NCBI RefSeq assembly: GCF_009914755.1
Contig: NC_060937.1
Reading direction: 5' to 3' (one strand)
Source: the human T2T-CHM13v2.0 reference genome, Homo sapiens
DNA length: 64,000 bases
The notes below the pieces were generated by a model, which worked only from the letters and a program-made list of their open reading frames with translations, ran no database searches and was not told the DNA's origin. Position numbers and translations under genes: made by a program. Below are positions 35,349 to 50,240 of this stretch, one piece after another; position 1 is the stretch's first letter; the number at the start of each line of letters is the position of its first letter.

Positions 35349-36060
35349 AGCTATTCCTTTTTTTTTAAAAAAAAAATTGTTACACTTGAAATTTTGCCTT
35401 GTATACTTAATTCCTTAGCTCTTTGCAAAATTGACACAAAGGCCCTTTTACCAATCTGGTCAACACTCCCCTTCCAACTTCCATGTTGATGTTGCCTAGC
35501 ATTTTATTCTCCCTTTTATCCCCCAAATTATACATGCTATTATGTATTTATATTTTGCTTTCATGTTTAGAGTTTCTTTTTCTTTATTTTCTTTTACTAA
35601 GATATCAGAGTTGTCTTTTTGTCCTCTAGCATCTCCTAATTTCATTTAAAATTTTTCATCTGTTTGTCTCTTGGCCCTGCATTTTGGGTAGTTTCTTCAG
35701 TTACTGGTTTTTGTAAAACTAGTCGTGTTTAATCTGCTTGACCTGTCCATTGAGGTTTTGAAATCAACAGTTACTTTTCATTAAAGTATTTATTACTGTT
35801 CAGTCTCTTGTTATTTTCAGCAGCCTCTTGTTGCTTGCTGATTTTGTGATTTCATTTTTAAAAGTTTAAACATTCATATTTTGTATTTTGGCAATGAGAT
35901 TATAATATCTGAATTCATTGGGGCGTGAATCACTCTTGGTGTTTGGTTTTCTTATGTGTTTGTTGGTCCTTGGGAAGGACTCATGTTTTGTTGAGCTTGG
36001 TATGTGGAAAATTTGGGTGCCTAAACTGAGGAATTTTTTAACTCCACAGAAGATTTCAGT

Positions 36061-36094
36061 TTGCTTCTACTGAGAAATTGCTTCTACTGAGAAA
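36061..36094. repeat. Exact 17-bp tandem duplication
   Basis: ttgcttctactgagaaa x2. Confidence 0.95.
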
Positions 36095-36142
36095 TAGGAT
36101 TTGTCATCTACCTGGGAACTTTCTAGAGTCCAAGCTCAATTG

Positions 36143-36182
36143 GCAAAAGGGCAAATGCTAATATGCACATTTGCCCTTTTGC
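36143..36182. repeat. Perfect 15-bp inverted repeat with a 10-nt loop
   Basis: gcaaaagggcaaatg-ctaatatgca-catttgcccttttgc. Confidence 0.95.
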
Positions 36183-36427
36183 ATCTCCAAGTGCATACTA
36201 CTTACTGTTCAGGTTTCAATTTACCCTTTTTTTGTGCAGATAAGAGACAGATGGTGAGTGTGGAAATGAAGGTTGGGTGTCGGTAGGTTCTGGTAGATTT
36301 TCCTTACTTTTTTGAGCTCAGCAATGTGATAACAGTTTTCTGCTGGATTTATTGGGCCTTTCAGGATATACAGTATTAATATATATATTACTGGAAAAAG
36401 ATGTTCAGTTTTTAAGCTTTTCCTTTT

Positions 36428-36705
36428 CATTCATTCGCTCATTCATTTATTCATTCATTTTGAGACAAGATCTCACTCTGTAGCCCAGGCTGGAGTACAG
36501 TGACGTGATCACAGCTCACTGCAGCCTTGACCATCTGGGCTCAAGCGATCCTCCCACCTGAGCCTTCTGAGTAGCTGGGACTAAAGGGTGTGAGGTGGCA
36601 AGATCATAACTCTCTGCAGCCTTGAACTCCTGGGCTCAAATGATCCTCCTGTCTCAGCGTCCTGAGTAGTTGGGACTACAGGTATGCTCCACCATGCCTG
36701 GCTAA
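36428..36705 (-). mobile_element. Composite AluJ with two tandem right-arm segments and a (TTCA)n tail
   Basis: The 'ctgcagccttga...gggctcaa...gagtag.tgggacta' block occurs twice. Confidence 0.8.
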
Positions 36706-37162
36706 CCTATTTTAGTTTTACATATACAAATCTCTGCACATTTCATTGTGACAGCACTAAAAATTAAAAAAAAAATTCTTTTGTGTTTTTCTGTATTAAT
36801 GTTTAATTTTACATAACCTGTTGTGATTCTCAGTTTGTGCACCTCTTTTGGACTATTTGAGTCTCCTGATGTACTTGATTTATCCTGATGGGGTTTTGTG
36901 TATAAGTGGAATTTCATTTTATTTTAATTAATTTCAGGTATTTTGAGAAGTCATTGAAATAATTTCTTAGGCTAGAGTTTGTAAATCAGGTTTTAATTAA
37001 AGTAGAAAACCTCAGAATGAAGTACACACAAGAAGCATATTGTTTAATGAGACATTTTTTTTTCCTGAGCATATTTATATACTGGGTTGTGTTGCAATAA
37101 AAAAAAAAAAGTTTGAAATGCATTGTCCTAGGTTTTAGTCTGTGAAGCAGCTGAGACCAGTA

Positions 37163-37466
37163 TTCTTTTTTTTTTTTTTTTGAGACAGGGTCTCGCTTTG
37201 TTGCCCAGGCTGGATTGCAGTGGGGAAGATCTTGGCTCACTGTAGCCTTTGCCTCCTGGATTCAAGCGATTCTTGTGCCTCAGCCTCCAGAGTAGCTGGG
37301 ATCACAGGCACGCACTACCAACGCCTGGCTAATTTTTGTGTTTTTAGTAGGTATGGGGTTTTGCCATGTTGGCCAGTCTGGTCTTGAACTCCTGACCCCG
37401 AGTGATCTATCTGCCTCGGCCTCCCAAAGTGCTGGGATTACAGGCGTGGTCCACTGCACCCAGCCC
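37163..37466 (-). mobile_element. AluS (Sz-like)
   Basis: TSD agaccagtattc. Confidence 0.92.
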
Positions 37467-39601
37467 CAGACCAGTATTCAAGTGAGATGCTTTGTAAAGC
37501 TGAGCTGCTCTAATTGAAGGTCTGGGGCACCATAATCCCTTCCCTACTGAGTTGTTGAAGTGCTAGAGGCCCCTGTGAATGCAGTTACAGGTATGGAGGG
37601 AGATAAGCCAGACCGTGGTCCTATGTTCCTCCTCAACTACAAACAGAACTTTGCTTTTTCTGTATTTTGTAACTAGAATTTAGGGGAGATTTGGCTTGAA
37701 AAGAGGGCTCATCTGCTAAAGTGTATTGGAAAACCATTGTTAGATAATCAAGGTTTTAAGGCTGAATTCGACCTTGTCTTTAAATAAACCATTAAATAGG
37801 CAACATTTGGGAATTTTTTCTTCTTTAATTATTGTAGTCAGTCTTTAGTTTTGCCTCCTGCTTTTCTAGAACAAAATGTGATCATGAGCCTCCTGTCACC
37901 ATCCTACTCATTTTTGACATGTTTTCAGTCTTGCTGTTTTTTTTTTATTTTCTTTGCCTTGTCTGCAGTGAAGAAAGAGTAAAGATGTTGTACAATTGTG
38001 CAACTTACATCTATTGGAATCTCTTATAAATGTACAGTGAGACATTCCCAAATGTTCTGTTCATGGTGTCCTTAGTGTCTCATCATTTTTTCATGGAGCC
38101 AAAATAGAATACATAACAGTTCTGTTTTAGTTAGATACAAGTAGCCTAATAAGTATTTATGGTTCAAGAATTATATGTTCAATCAAATAAAAACATTCCC
38201 TTTTTATGCTTAAATAGTGACATATGCTTACTGATCTGATGTGTGTGCCTGTTGGGCATATGCAAAGTTCTTAAGTCTTGGAATCAGATTGAACACTGCC
38301 ACCTTTGTTTCCTGTTTTCCACTGATTTCTATCTAGCACTTTTTTTTTATCACATCAGCTGTCCCAAAACCTAGCTTCTCAAAGATAATATTACCTTCAA
38401 AAAGAAGGTAGAACAATGATCTCATGTTCAAGTGGAACTACCTTGAGCTGATAAGCTTACCTGGTGTCTGACAGATCTTGAGAATAGCTGTATTTTCCTT
38501 GAGAACTTAAAATATCCCTCAGTGCCTGTGAATTTGCTGTGATATCTAGGGGACTCTGAGATGTCTTGTTTTACAGTTTGATAACTGCAGGTGCAGTGCT
38601 TTACAGTCTGTACAGTAATTAAGCAGATGGATGCTATCTACATTTTATGGAAGAGAAAATGGAGTCAACTTTGTAGAATTAGCTATAGATATTTGTACAA
38701 AGCTGCTCTGTTGAGTTATTTGCATCTCACAAGACAGTATATACTTTATAATTTATTTCTGAATGGTACTTTAAAAATATGTAGTTCATTTCCTGGGTTT
38801 TTTTTACTCTTTTTTAGGAAGAAAGTTTTTAAATTTTTTTATGTTTGCAAGGGGGTTGAAAAGAAATATCTTTTTTCTAGCAGAACCATTTTCTTTATTG
38901 CAGTTCTTTCCATTGTGATTTGTTTTCCTGGGAAAATGAAGGAAAAAAGAGAAAAATTAATTTGCAAATTAGTAATTGCATTAATGAATCTGTAAAGAAC
39001 AGATTATATAATATTGTTGGAGTGATAAGTATTAAGGATTGCCAAAAACTGCAAGTACATGATATAGTAAGATAATAGAATTGAGAGTTTTAGATCTGGA
39101 AGGTGGGATGAGGATAGAGATGAGAGTTGGGTCATCTAATTGATTTCTTGCATACTGTTTGAGATCTTACACTGGGAGGTGGAGGAGAAAGTAAGAAGGG
39201 AGAGAAAGAGAAGTTAGTGGGGAGAAGGAGGAGGAAAGAGGGTGATACTGTATGATTGTATTCTTGTTAAAAGCAGAAGCACTTTTGACATTTCAGAATA
39301 TTTACTCTCTTGGCTCCTGCCAGAGTATATAATCTAGAATAGATCTGTTGCCCAATCTTTATTTAAAGTTCAGTTTTAAGGGAAAAAAATGTTAATAGAG
39401 AACAGCCTTGAAGGATAGGCAATCCATAATACCTATAGATTATTAGTTTTCTTTCTTTAAGGATTGCTTTTAAAAAATACTTTATTACAAATACTTTGAA
39501 ATAACATATCTACAAGAGATGTATCCTTTCTTCCATCCCAAGCTCAAATCATTTCTATATTCCATTTTTACGTATTTGCAATAATAATACAAATAATTTT
39601 G

Positions 39602-39895
<294 letters not shown>

Positions 39896-40648
39896 TTATG
39901 CTCTATACTTCCCATTAATTTAATTATGTAGATTTTTTTTTGGTGTTTTTTATTGCCCAATAGGTACTTTTTTGGTGTATGTTATATTTGGTGTTTATTT
40001 TACCAAATATACTATTAAACCCACACGTGTGCACACACATACACACTTGAGTATAATGCCTTTCCCACTCGTTAGTACATTAATATTATTGGCTAACACT
40101 GTTATATTTTTTCTTTGTAATGACTGCATAATATTCCATGGTAAAGATTTACCACACTTCATGTAGCTGTTGTTCCCTTTTCGATGTCAGATTTTTTTTC
40201 CACTTGTTTTAAACAGTGCTAAGATAAATATTCTAGTACATTTATATTGACATTTTTATTCCTGTGAGAATTGGAAGAGAAGTATTGCTGGGTTGAAGGG
40301 AATGTGTCATTAAAATTTAATAGATATTAACACAAATCTTTTCAGAAAGGCTGTAATAATTCACATTTCCAGTAACATCTGACAGATCACCGGTTTTCAA
40401 ATTTTTCTCTGTGAACTTTCTTGACAAGAGAAGTTGGGGGTATTGGAATACCCATCACTCAATTCAGCCAGAGCAGCTCTCTTTTAACCTATTTGATATA
40501 TTGCACATTGTTATAATGTTTTGGTTAGAAGAGTTTGTTTCATGATTAAAATAAGTTTGAAGAATCATTGCTCCGAGTTGTTCGATTTTTTTTTTTTAAC
40601 CTTTTCTTTTTTTTCTAGGTCAAACCAGACATTGAGATCACTGGCTTT

Positions 40649-40740
40649 TTGGATACCTTGTGTTGGCTGCATTTCTTGTATATTTGGATACCGAGTGTTG
40701 GCTACATTGGATACCTTGTGTTGGCTACAATTCTTGTAGA
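40649..40740. repeat. Three copies of a 23-mer (ttggataccttgtgttggctaca)
   Basis: Copies at 40649, 40684 and 40707; 'ttcttgta' follows copies 1 and 3. Confidence 0.9.
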
Positions 40741-41626
40741 ATGTTTTCTACTGAATCATACTTTAAGTACTTTGAATTGTACTTTGGCTTGCATTGAGGG
40801 ATAAAAAGGGGTGGTTAAAACTCACTTCTGTGTTTATCCTTGTTAGAGTTATCCATTACATTACTCACTGACCCATTAGGTTTCAGCGAGGATGCAGATG
40901 TCACATAAAGCTTCACTTCTCCTCAATAGCTCTTAGACAATGTTTATCTTATGGTTGATATTTCTTATTCATCTTATGCCCTTTGATTTATTGGTTTTGT
41001 ACCTTGCTTACAGGGCTTTTATAGTTTATTTTTGAAATAAACCAAGAAGTTGAGTGTGCCTCTGTGGCCATTTCCAGCCATATAACCATGTAAGCAGGTA
41101 TGATGTAGTTCTAATTCTGCCATTTGGGAACTTTCTGATCTTGGGCAAAATCAGCGAATTTCTCTTGTCCCAGTTTTCTTCATTTGTTAAAAAATATGGA
41201 TGATAATAAAATCAGAGTTGATGATTTTCCAAAAACATCTTTCAGCAAATTCAGTGACTAGTTTTTAGGCTTTTAATGGGTTACTTAATGAAAGCCAAAA
41301 AGAAAAGAAAGAAGATACCCAATTGCATTCAACTAACTGAAAGTGAATGTAGGGGCCAAGACAAGTATAGCTCAAATTTGGAGTTTCCAGGTATTGTTCT
41401 TCACATCCTTGAGATATTAGAAGCAGTGTTCCTTAACTTTCTTTTTTGACGATAGATGTTAGAGAATACACCACAAGCTCTGCTCCATCTCCCCAGAAGA
41501 ATGTACATTATCACATGCATGCAAACTCTGTATACTCTTTTAGATGACTATAGATGGTTCATAGACCTCCTGAAGACCATTTATGGGTTTCCTATGTGGA
41601 ATCTGAGTGTAAGAACAGACCTAGAG

Positions 41627-41862
41627 CAGTAGTTCTCAGTGTGGGGTGATTTTGCCCTGCAGGGGACACTTGGCAATGTCTGGAGACATTTTTGGTTGTC
41701 ACAACTGGGGATGGTGATGGTGTGCATGCCCTCCTCATATCTAGTGAGTAGAGCCCAGGGATGCTGCTGAACATTGTACAATGCACAGGTGCACCCTGAC
41801 CTCCACTTGCAATAAAGAATTTTTGGCAAAAAACGTGAGAGTGCTGAGGTTGAGAAGCCCTG
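41627..41862. mobile_element. MER20 (hAT-Charlie)
   Basis: 'cagtagttctcagtgtggggtgattttgccc...ggcaatgtctggagacatttttggttgtcacaactgggg...gaggttgagaagccctg'. Confidence 0.85.
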
Positions 41863-42097
41863 ATGTAGAGGAAGTGATGAATGGGATTTCTTTAAAAAAT
41901 CCTTCAGAAATATAATTGTTCTCTGGTCTTCTTTGATAGTAGTTGGGTAGTAGATAGTGCAAGGTTAAAATCTCTGAGCCTCACTCTGTCTTGAGTATTC
42001 TTCCCTCAGGTATTTGCATGGTTTATCATCATTCTTTTTCAGGTTTCCACTCAAATGTCACCTTGTCATAGAGTCCTTTCCAGTCTTTGCAAGCTAA

Positions 42098-42419
<322 letters not shown>

Positions 42420-42430
42420 ATCTCTATTGA

Positions 42431-42719
42431 TTCTTTTTTTCTTTTTTTTTTTTTTTTTTGAGATGGGGTCTCACTCTGTTGCTTGGGCTGGGGTGCAGTG
42501 GTGGGATCGTGGCTCACTGTAGCCTCGACATCCCTAGGCTTAGGTGATCCTCTCACCTCAGCCTCCCAGTTAGTTGGGACTAATTTTTTTGTATTTTTTG
42601 TAGTGGTGGCGTTTCACCATGTTGCCCAGGCTGGTCTCAAACTCCTGGGCTCAAGCAGTCCACCTGCCTTGACCTCCCAAAGTGTTAGGATTACAGGCGT
42701 GAGCCGTGGCGCTCGGCCC
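42431..42719 (-). mobile_element. AluJ with an internal deletion
   Basis: 'gggactaatttttt' junction. Confidence 0.88.
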
Positions 42720-43289
42720 CTATTTTTCTTAACATTTCACATTATCTAACACATACATTGACATTTGTTGTCTGTTTTCCTTCAACTTTAATATAAGCTA
42801 TGCCACGAGAACAATAATCTTTGGCTTTCTCCTACAGTTATATTCCCTAGTCAACAGTACCTGGGATATAATAGGTGCTCAATAAATATTTGTTGTTGAA
42901 AGAATGAATGATCTGAGTCTGTATTGTGGCAAGTTTGATTGTATTGTTTTGGCAGAGCCCAATGTTTTAGAGATCAAAGGTGCAGTAAAGTTGACAGTTT
43001 TTTGTGAAAATTAGGAGTTCTTACCTAAGTTGTCAGTTGGATATAGTATAGGCCAGGAATATGTATCTGAAGGCAAAGCCAGGATTTAAGGGAAAAAAAA
43101 GTTCTTTGGCTTCTTTACAACACGAATTGAGCACCTGAAGTTGTGTTCTAAACTGTTTTCTAAACTTGTCTGACCATAGGAATTGTCTGAGACATTCCTT
43201 AAAAACGGCAGAATCTGAAGCTTCTCCCCACACCTCCTGAATCAAAATTTCTAGAGGAGGAACCAGGATATCCTTATTAAAAACAAAGA

Positions 43290-44750
43290 GGGAAAGAATA
43301 TCTTCAACAGATGACACTGGGACAACTGGATTTCCACATGCAAAAGAATTAAGTTGGACCTCTCCTTCACATAGTAGATAAAAATGAGCTCAAAATGATC
43401 AATGATGTAAATGTAAGATTTAAGCCTGTATACTTTTAGAAGAAAATATGGGAGTAGAATTTTATGAACCTGAATTTATTAGCACAAACAATAAAAAATA
43501 TATATTGGACTTTATAAAAATTAAAAACTTTTCTGCATCAAAGGACATAAGAAAATGAAAACACAACCTACAGAAGAAAATATTTGCAAGTCATATCTTT
43601 AACAAGGATTTAATGTCCAGAATATATAAAGAACTACAGGTCAATGACAAAAAGACAACCTAATTTAAAAGTGAGCAATGATCTTGAATAGACATTTTTC
43701 CAAAGATACACAAATAGACCTGTAAGCACATAAGATACTCAACACCATTAATCATTAGGAAAATGAAAATCAAAAACATAATGAGGTTACACTGCATACC
43801 TACTAGGATGGCTATAAAAAAACAAAACCAGAAAATAACGGTTGAAGAGGATGTGGAAAAATTGGAGCCCTCATTTGCTGATGTAGCTAGCTGCTGCTGT
43901 GAGAAACAGTTTGGTGGTTCTTCAAAAAGCTAATCATAAAGTTACCATAAACTTAGCAATTCCACTGCTAGCTGTGTGCTGAAAAGATTTGTACAGGGAC
44001 TGAAATGGGTATTTGTACAGCAGTGTTTATTGCAGCACTGTTCACAGTAGCCAAGAATGGAAACCAAGTGTCCACTAGCAGAAGAATGGATAAACAAAAT
44101 GTGGTATATACATATAATATTCAGTCATACAAATAATTGAAGCTCTGGGCCAGGCGTGGTGGCTCACATCTGCAATCCCAGCACTTTGGGAGGCTGAGGC
44201 AGGCGGATCTTGAGGTCAGGAGATCGAGACCATCCTGCCCAACATGGTGAAACCCCGTCTCTACTAAAATACAAAAATTAGCCAGGCGTGGTGGCGCGCG
44301 CCTGTGGTCCCAGCTACTCAAAAGAATTTAAGCTCTGATAAGTGCTGTAACAGGATGAACCTGAAAATACACTCAGTGAAATTTGACAGAAAAGGACAAA
44401 TACTGTGATTCTACTTACATGAGGCACTTAAGGATAGGCAAATTTATAGAGACAGACAGTAGAAGTTACCAGGGGCTGGGGAAAACAGGGCATGGGATGT
44501 TATTGCTTAATGGTTACAAGTTTCTTTCTGTTTTGGGTGATGAAAAAGTTTTGGAAATGGTAGTGGTTGCACAATATTGTAAATATAATTAATAATGTCA
44601 CTTAATTGTACATTTATAAATGGTAGATTCTATGTTACATATATTTTACATAAAAAAAGTATTAGATCTAAAACTATTGAATTGTACACTCTAAAAGATG
44701 AATTATTTGATATGTGAATTCTATCTTAATAAAACTATTTAAGAAAACAA
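43290..44750 (+). mobile_element. L1MB-type 3' fragment split by an Alu
   Basis: 'caactggatttccacatgcaaaagaatt...gaatggataaacaaaatgtggtatatacata...ggtgatgaaaaagttttggaaatgg'. Confidence 0.75.
44148..44320 (+). mobile_element. 3'-truncated, tail-less AluSc-like element with TSD
   Basis: Ends at cccagctactca; flanks aaataattgaagctctg and aaagaatttaagctctg. Confidence 0.9.
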
Positions 44751-45909
44751 AAACAAAACCAGCTATCCGTGTTTGGACAACACTGTCACAAAACAAAGTT
44801 GTTGATTTTAGCCAGGAAGCATATAAGGTAGATGTAATCAGTGAGACTAGATTCAGATTAGATTTAGTAATATTAATCCGTATGCAGTCCCTCAAAACTA
44901 ATGTCTTTCAGGAATATATCAAGTGTTTATGTACTATAATGATTTTGTTAAGTTTTCCCCATTATAGGGAAATTTATTGAGAAACTTATCAAATTAAACT
45001 TTTTGGTGGACTTGACATCCTAATTTTTCTTATAACCCCTCCCCCAGTTTACTCATTATTAATATTTTATTTACAAGGTACATAACTTTGTAAGCAGATT
45101 TGTTGAATATTTGTTTATCTTTATGGATACTGTGTTACTTTTAATGAGGTAGAATTAATAGTTGTACTCTCATTTGTCCTGTATACAGTATGGTACATTG
45201 GGTCCTTACATATCAATATGGGTGGTACTTTTATGCCCATTTTATTGTCATCTTAAAGAGCTACATTGTAATGTTATGCAATGCCTCCTGGATTTTACTT
45301 CTGTCTCAATCTCTTTTCTCCTACTAAACTATACTTCTCTCCTGTTTTCTGTTATATCCTTTCTTCAAATACTCTTATGTTATCTTCCAGTTGTTCAGAG
45401 CTTCCTGTTACTGCTTCAGTGAGCCTCTTGCAGTCCCTCATAGATTCCTGCAGTCTTCCTGTGTTCTAGCTGGTATGTCTTTGTCTTTGGAAATTCTCTA
45501 AAATACAAATCTCATTTCTCTTTAAATTTCTTAGAAAAGAAAGAAAAAAAATGACAACTGCCTTATGTGATAATGACCAGACTCCTTATCAGAGACTTAA
45601 AGCCTTAGATTAACTGGTCCCAATTTCTTTTATAACACCTTCACCAATATGTGCACATGTATATGTACATGCACAGAATCTAGTTGATTCACTTTTGTTT
45701 CAGTACTTTTTTCCTTTTTATTCCAATTAGTATCATTTTGTTTATCCATTCACCCGTTAATAGACATTTGGATTGTTTGTTGTTTTTGGGCATTATGAAT
45801 AATACTGCCATGAATATTCTGGTAAAAGTCTTTGTGTGGATATAGGTTTTCTCTTGGATGGACACCTAGAAGGGGAATTGCTAGGTCATATTGTAAGTTT
45901 ACATTTAAC

Positions 45910-46207
<298 letters not shown>

Positions 46208-46328
46208 AACATTTAACCTTTTAAGATACTGTGAAACGTTTTTCAAAAATGGCTGCAGCATTTTACATTCCCATAAAATATGAGGGTTCCAGTTTCTTCA
46301 CAACCTCAGCAATATTTCTTACTGCCTC

Positions 46329-46949
<621 letters not shown>

Positions 46950-47074
46950 CTGGCCTTTTTGATTAGTGCCATTGTAGTCGCCTAATTAAGCTAAAATATC
47001 TTTGTGCCTTGAGTTTCTGGTTGGGCTAACGTTTTTGTTTCTGTTCAGTTTGCTCCGATTTTTTAGTATTCTGA

Positions 47075-47376
<302 letters not shown>

Positions 47377-47959
47377 TAGTATTCTGATTCTTAATTTCCA
47401 ATTCAGCATTCCCTAAAGAGCCTGAAGTAAAAACGAGAAAACTTGACCTCTTGTCATTGCTCTGCCACTTACTACAGGGTGACTGTATGCGAGTTCGTCA
47501 GCTTTCTGAACTTCATTTTCTTCATCTGTAACATAGGGATGATTCCTACTTTTATAGAATTTTGAAGGAAAATGTGTGCATGAAAGAGCTTTGAAAACCA
47601 TGATCTGTTTTTAAAAAATTAAAGCTGTCATGCTTACGTATATGAAGTATCAGAAATGCTTACAGAGATAGTAGGCAGAATTAGCACTATATTGTAGTGT
47701 TAAGGCATTTGTTACTAAACTTGGCATGTAAATTTCCTCATGGAGCTTTTTTCATATGGAAGTGTTTGGGTCTGATTATTAGAGGATTCAGCAGTGCACC
47801 AGAGATGGAAAACCATTAGGTTAAGGGCATAGGCTTTGGAATCAGATATGGCTCAATTTAAGTTCAGTTGTTGATAACTTTAGCATAGTTATTTAACCTC
47901 TTTGAACCTCAGTTTCCTTGTTTATAAATGGGCATAATTATATAGTTCATCTTAGTAAG

Positions 47960-50240
47960 AACATTTATTCAGCTTTTGCTTTTTAACCTGCATTGTGTTA
48001 TGCATTAGGTATGTAGCAGTGAACAAATTAGGATCCCTAAACTTTTCTCATATAGTTTACAGTTCAGAAGGGGAAACACATTAGAGAATTTGTATTTACA
48101 TTTATGATAAATTCTTTGAAGCAAAAGTGCAGGGGTGGTGTGAGAGCATGCAGTCAAGATTTTATTTAGACTGAGTAGATTTGGGACAGCTTCCCTGATT
48201 GACAGGTGAGACTTGAAAGAGCAGTGTTAGCCAGGCATGAGGGCTAGAGAAGAGAAAAAGTTTATTGAAGCAGAAGGAATAGCACACCCTGAGACAGAAG
48301 GATCTTGGTTTAGTGTCTTCAAGGAATAGAGATGTGACTGGAGTGTAATGAGCAAATGGTCAGATTAGTATATTTGGAACTTATTCGAAGGGCAGTGAGA
48401 ACCTATTTAAGAATTCTAAGTAAGGCAGTGATATGAAGAGATTAGCTTATTAAGATCATTCTGGTTGCTCTCTGAAGAATGAGTTGGATGTGGTGTAGAT
48501 TTATGTTGTGGTGAAGTAATGGCTAAATAAGGGTTGATTTCATTTACATTTTGCAAGGTAGCATTTATAGGATTTGATTGTTGATTGTAAATATTGAAAG
48601 GGAATTGCCAAGCTTCATTCCCAGAAAACTGTGAGGAAGAAATGGGTACATGAAGGCAACACACACTGAAGAGGGAGAGGAATGAAGAATGAGGATTTTT
48701 TTGGAGGGAGAAAAAAATTGGGAGACATTTTGTTTAGTTTTGAGTATCTTGAGTTCGCGGTATCTTTGAGAATACCCAAGTGGAAATGTTAAGTAGACAA
48801 TTGTATGTGCGGACTGGAGTTGAAAAGAGAGATCTTTATGGAGTATGTATTAAAAGAAAGCTTAGGGCAAAAGCCTTGGGAGAAGAACATAAACAGTAAA
48901 AAGAGAATTGAACTCTGATGAGTTAACTGATATTTGGAGGTTGAGTAGAAGAGAAATCAAAGGAGACAGGAATGACCAGTAAGGTAGGAAAAAATCAGGA
49001 AAAGGCAATGTGTTACTAGAAGAAACAAAAGGAAAATAATGTTTCAAGGAGGAGGCTGCGGTCAACTGTGTATCATACTGCTGAGATGAATAAAATAAGG
49101 ATTAGAAAAGTGTTCACTTGATTTGGCAACATAGAGGTCAACTGATGACTTTTAGTTAGCTTTTACTGCATAACAAATCACCCGAAGACTGACTGACTGA
49201 AAACAACTGTTCCCAATTGTGTATATTGGCAATTTGGGTTTGGCTTATCTGGGTGGTTCTACTGATCTGGACCAGGCTTAGCTGATTTTAGCTGGGGTTG
49301 CTTATGCATCTACAGATATGCCTCTGTGGTCACCTGGTGATTTGGTTAGGGCTGGCTTGTTCATGATGACCATGGCTGGGACAATGTGCCTCTGTGCATA
49401 TACATTCTAATTTTCCACTGGGATAGCTTGGACTTGCCGACATCTCCATAGCAGAATTCCAAGAGCAGTAGGTAAGCTAACCCAGAGCACAAACACTTAC
49501 TAAACTTCTCAATGTCCCATTGCCTAAAAGAGTCATAACGCCATCTCAGATTCTAGGTCTGAAAAAACACTTTTATTTCTTGATGGGAGGAGCAGCAAAG
49601 TCACATTGTAAGGGTGTAGATACAAGGAATGGAAAAATTTGTTGTCATTTTTTGCAATCTGCTAGTGACTGTGGCAAAAGCATTTTGCTGATGAGGTGGA
49701 GTGTGCGGGTGGGGAACTCTTTGGAAGCCAGGTTGGATTAATATGAATAGTGAATGGGAATTGAAAGTAGATAGTATAGATTACTCTTTGAGAAGCTTGT
49801 CTGTGAAGGTAATTTGGGAGAGAGGACAATACCTGAGGCAGGGGAGGTATTTGTAGTCTAAACAGGTATGTTGTATTTTCTTTCCCTTCCTGCCTGAATG
49901 CCTTCCATCCATCCAATAACAGAATATATTTGAATGCTGAGAGAAAGTATCTAGTAGACACAGAGGATGCTGATACGGGGGAAAGAGGAGATAACTAATC
50001 AAGTAAAAGTCTTTGAGTAGAGGATGGGATTTTGTGTGCTTATGAAGGGGTTAGTGTTTTGATGTGAGGAGGGCTATTTCCTTTCTGGTATTAGGGAAGA
50101 GGGAGGGAAGGAAGGAATGGGGAAGGAGGGAAGGGAGGGAATGGGTGCAAATGTACATAGGCATGTAAATTGGGTAATAAGAGGCTGAGGGTTTCCGTTT
50201 GATGGCGCTTCTGTTTTCTCAATGAAGCAACAGCAGTCTA
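47960..50240. mobile_element. L2 remnants, interrupted by the MLT1 LTR
   Basis: 'ggatttgattgttgattg', 'gttttgagtatcttgagtt', 'gatttggcaacatagaggtcaactgatgact'. Confidence 0.55.
49150..49662 (-). mobile_element. Old MaLR LTR (MLT1G/H-like) within L2
   Basis: 'ttagcttttactgcataacaaatcacc' start and 'tcttgatgggaggagcagcaaagtcacattgtaaggg' end motifs. Confidence 0.6.

Noticed and set aside
36921-36945. atttcAG|GTATTT as a third recursive site
   Set aside because: A-interrupted pyrimidine tract and a weak donor.
38591-38995. 134-aa ORF
   Set aside because: Non-ATG start, low-complexity F/K/L-rich composition from AT-rich DNA, no recognisable domain or splice context.
40649-40740. Repeat-spacer-like pattern resembling a CRISPR array
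   Set aside because: Only three copies with spacers of 12 and 0 nt, in a primate intron with no cas genes; a local tandem duplication.
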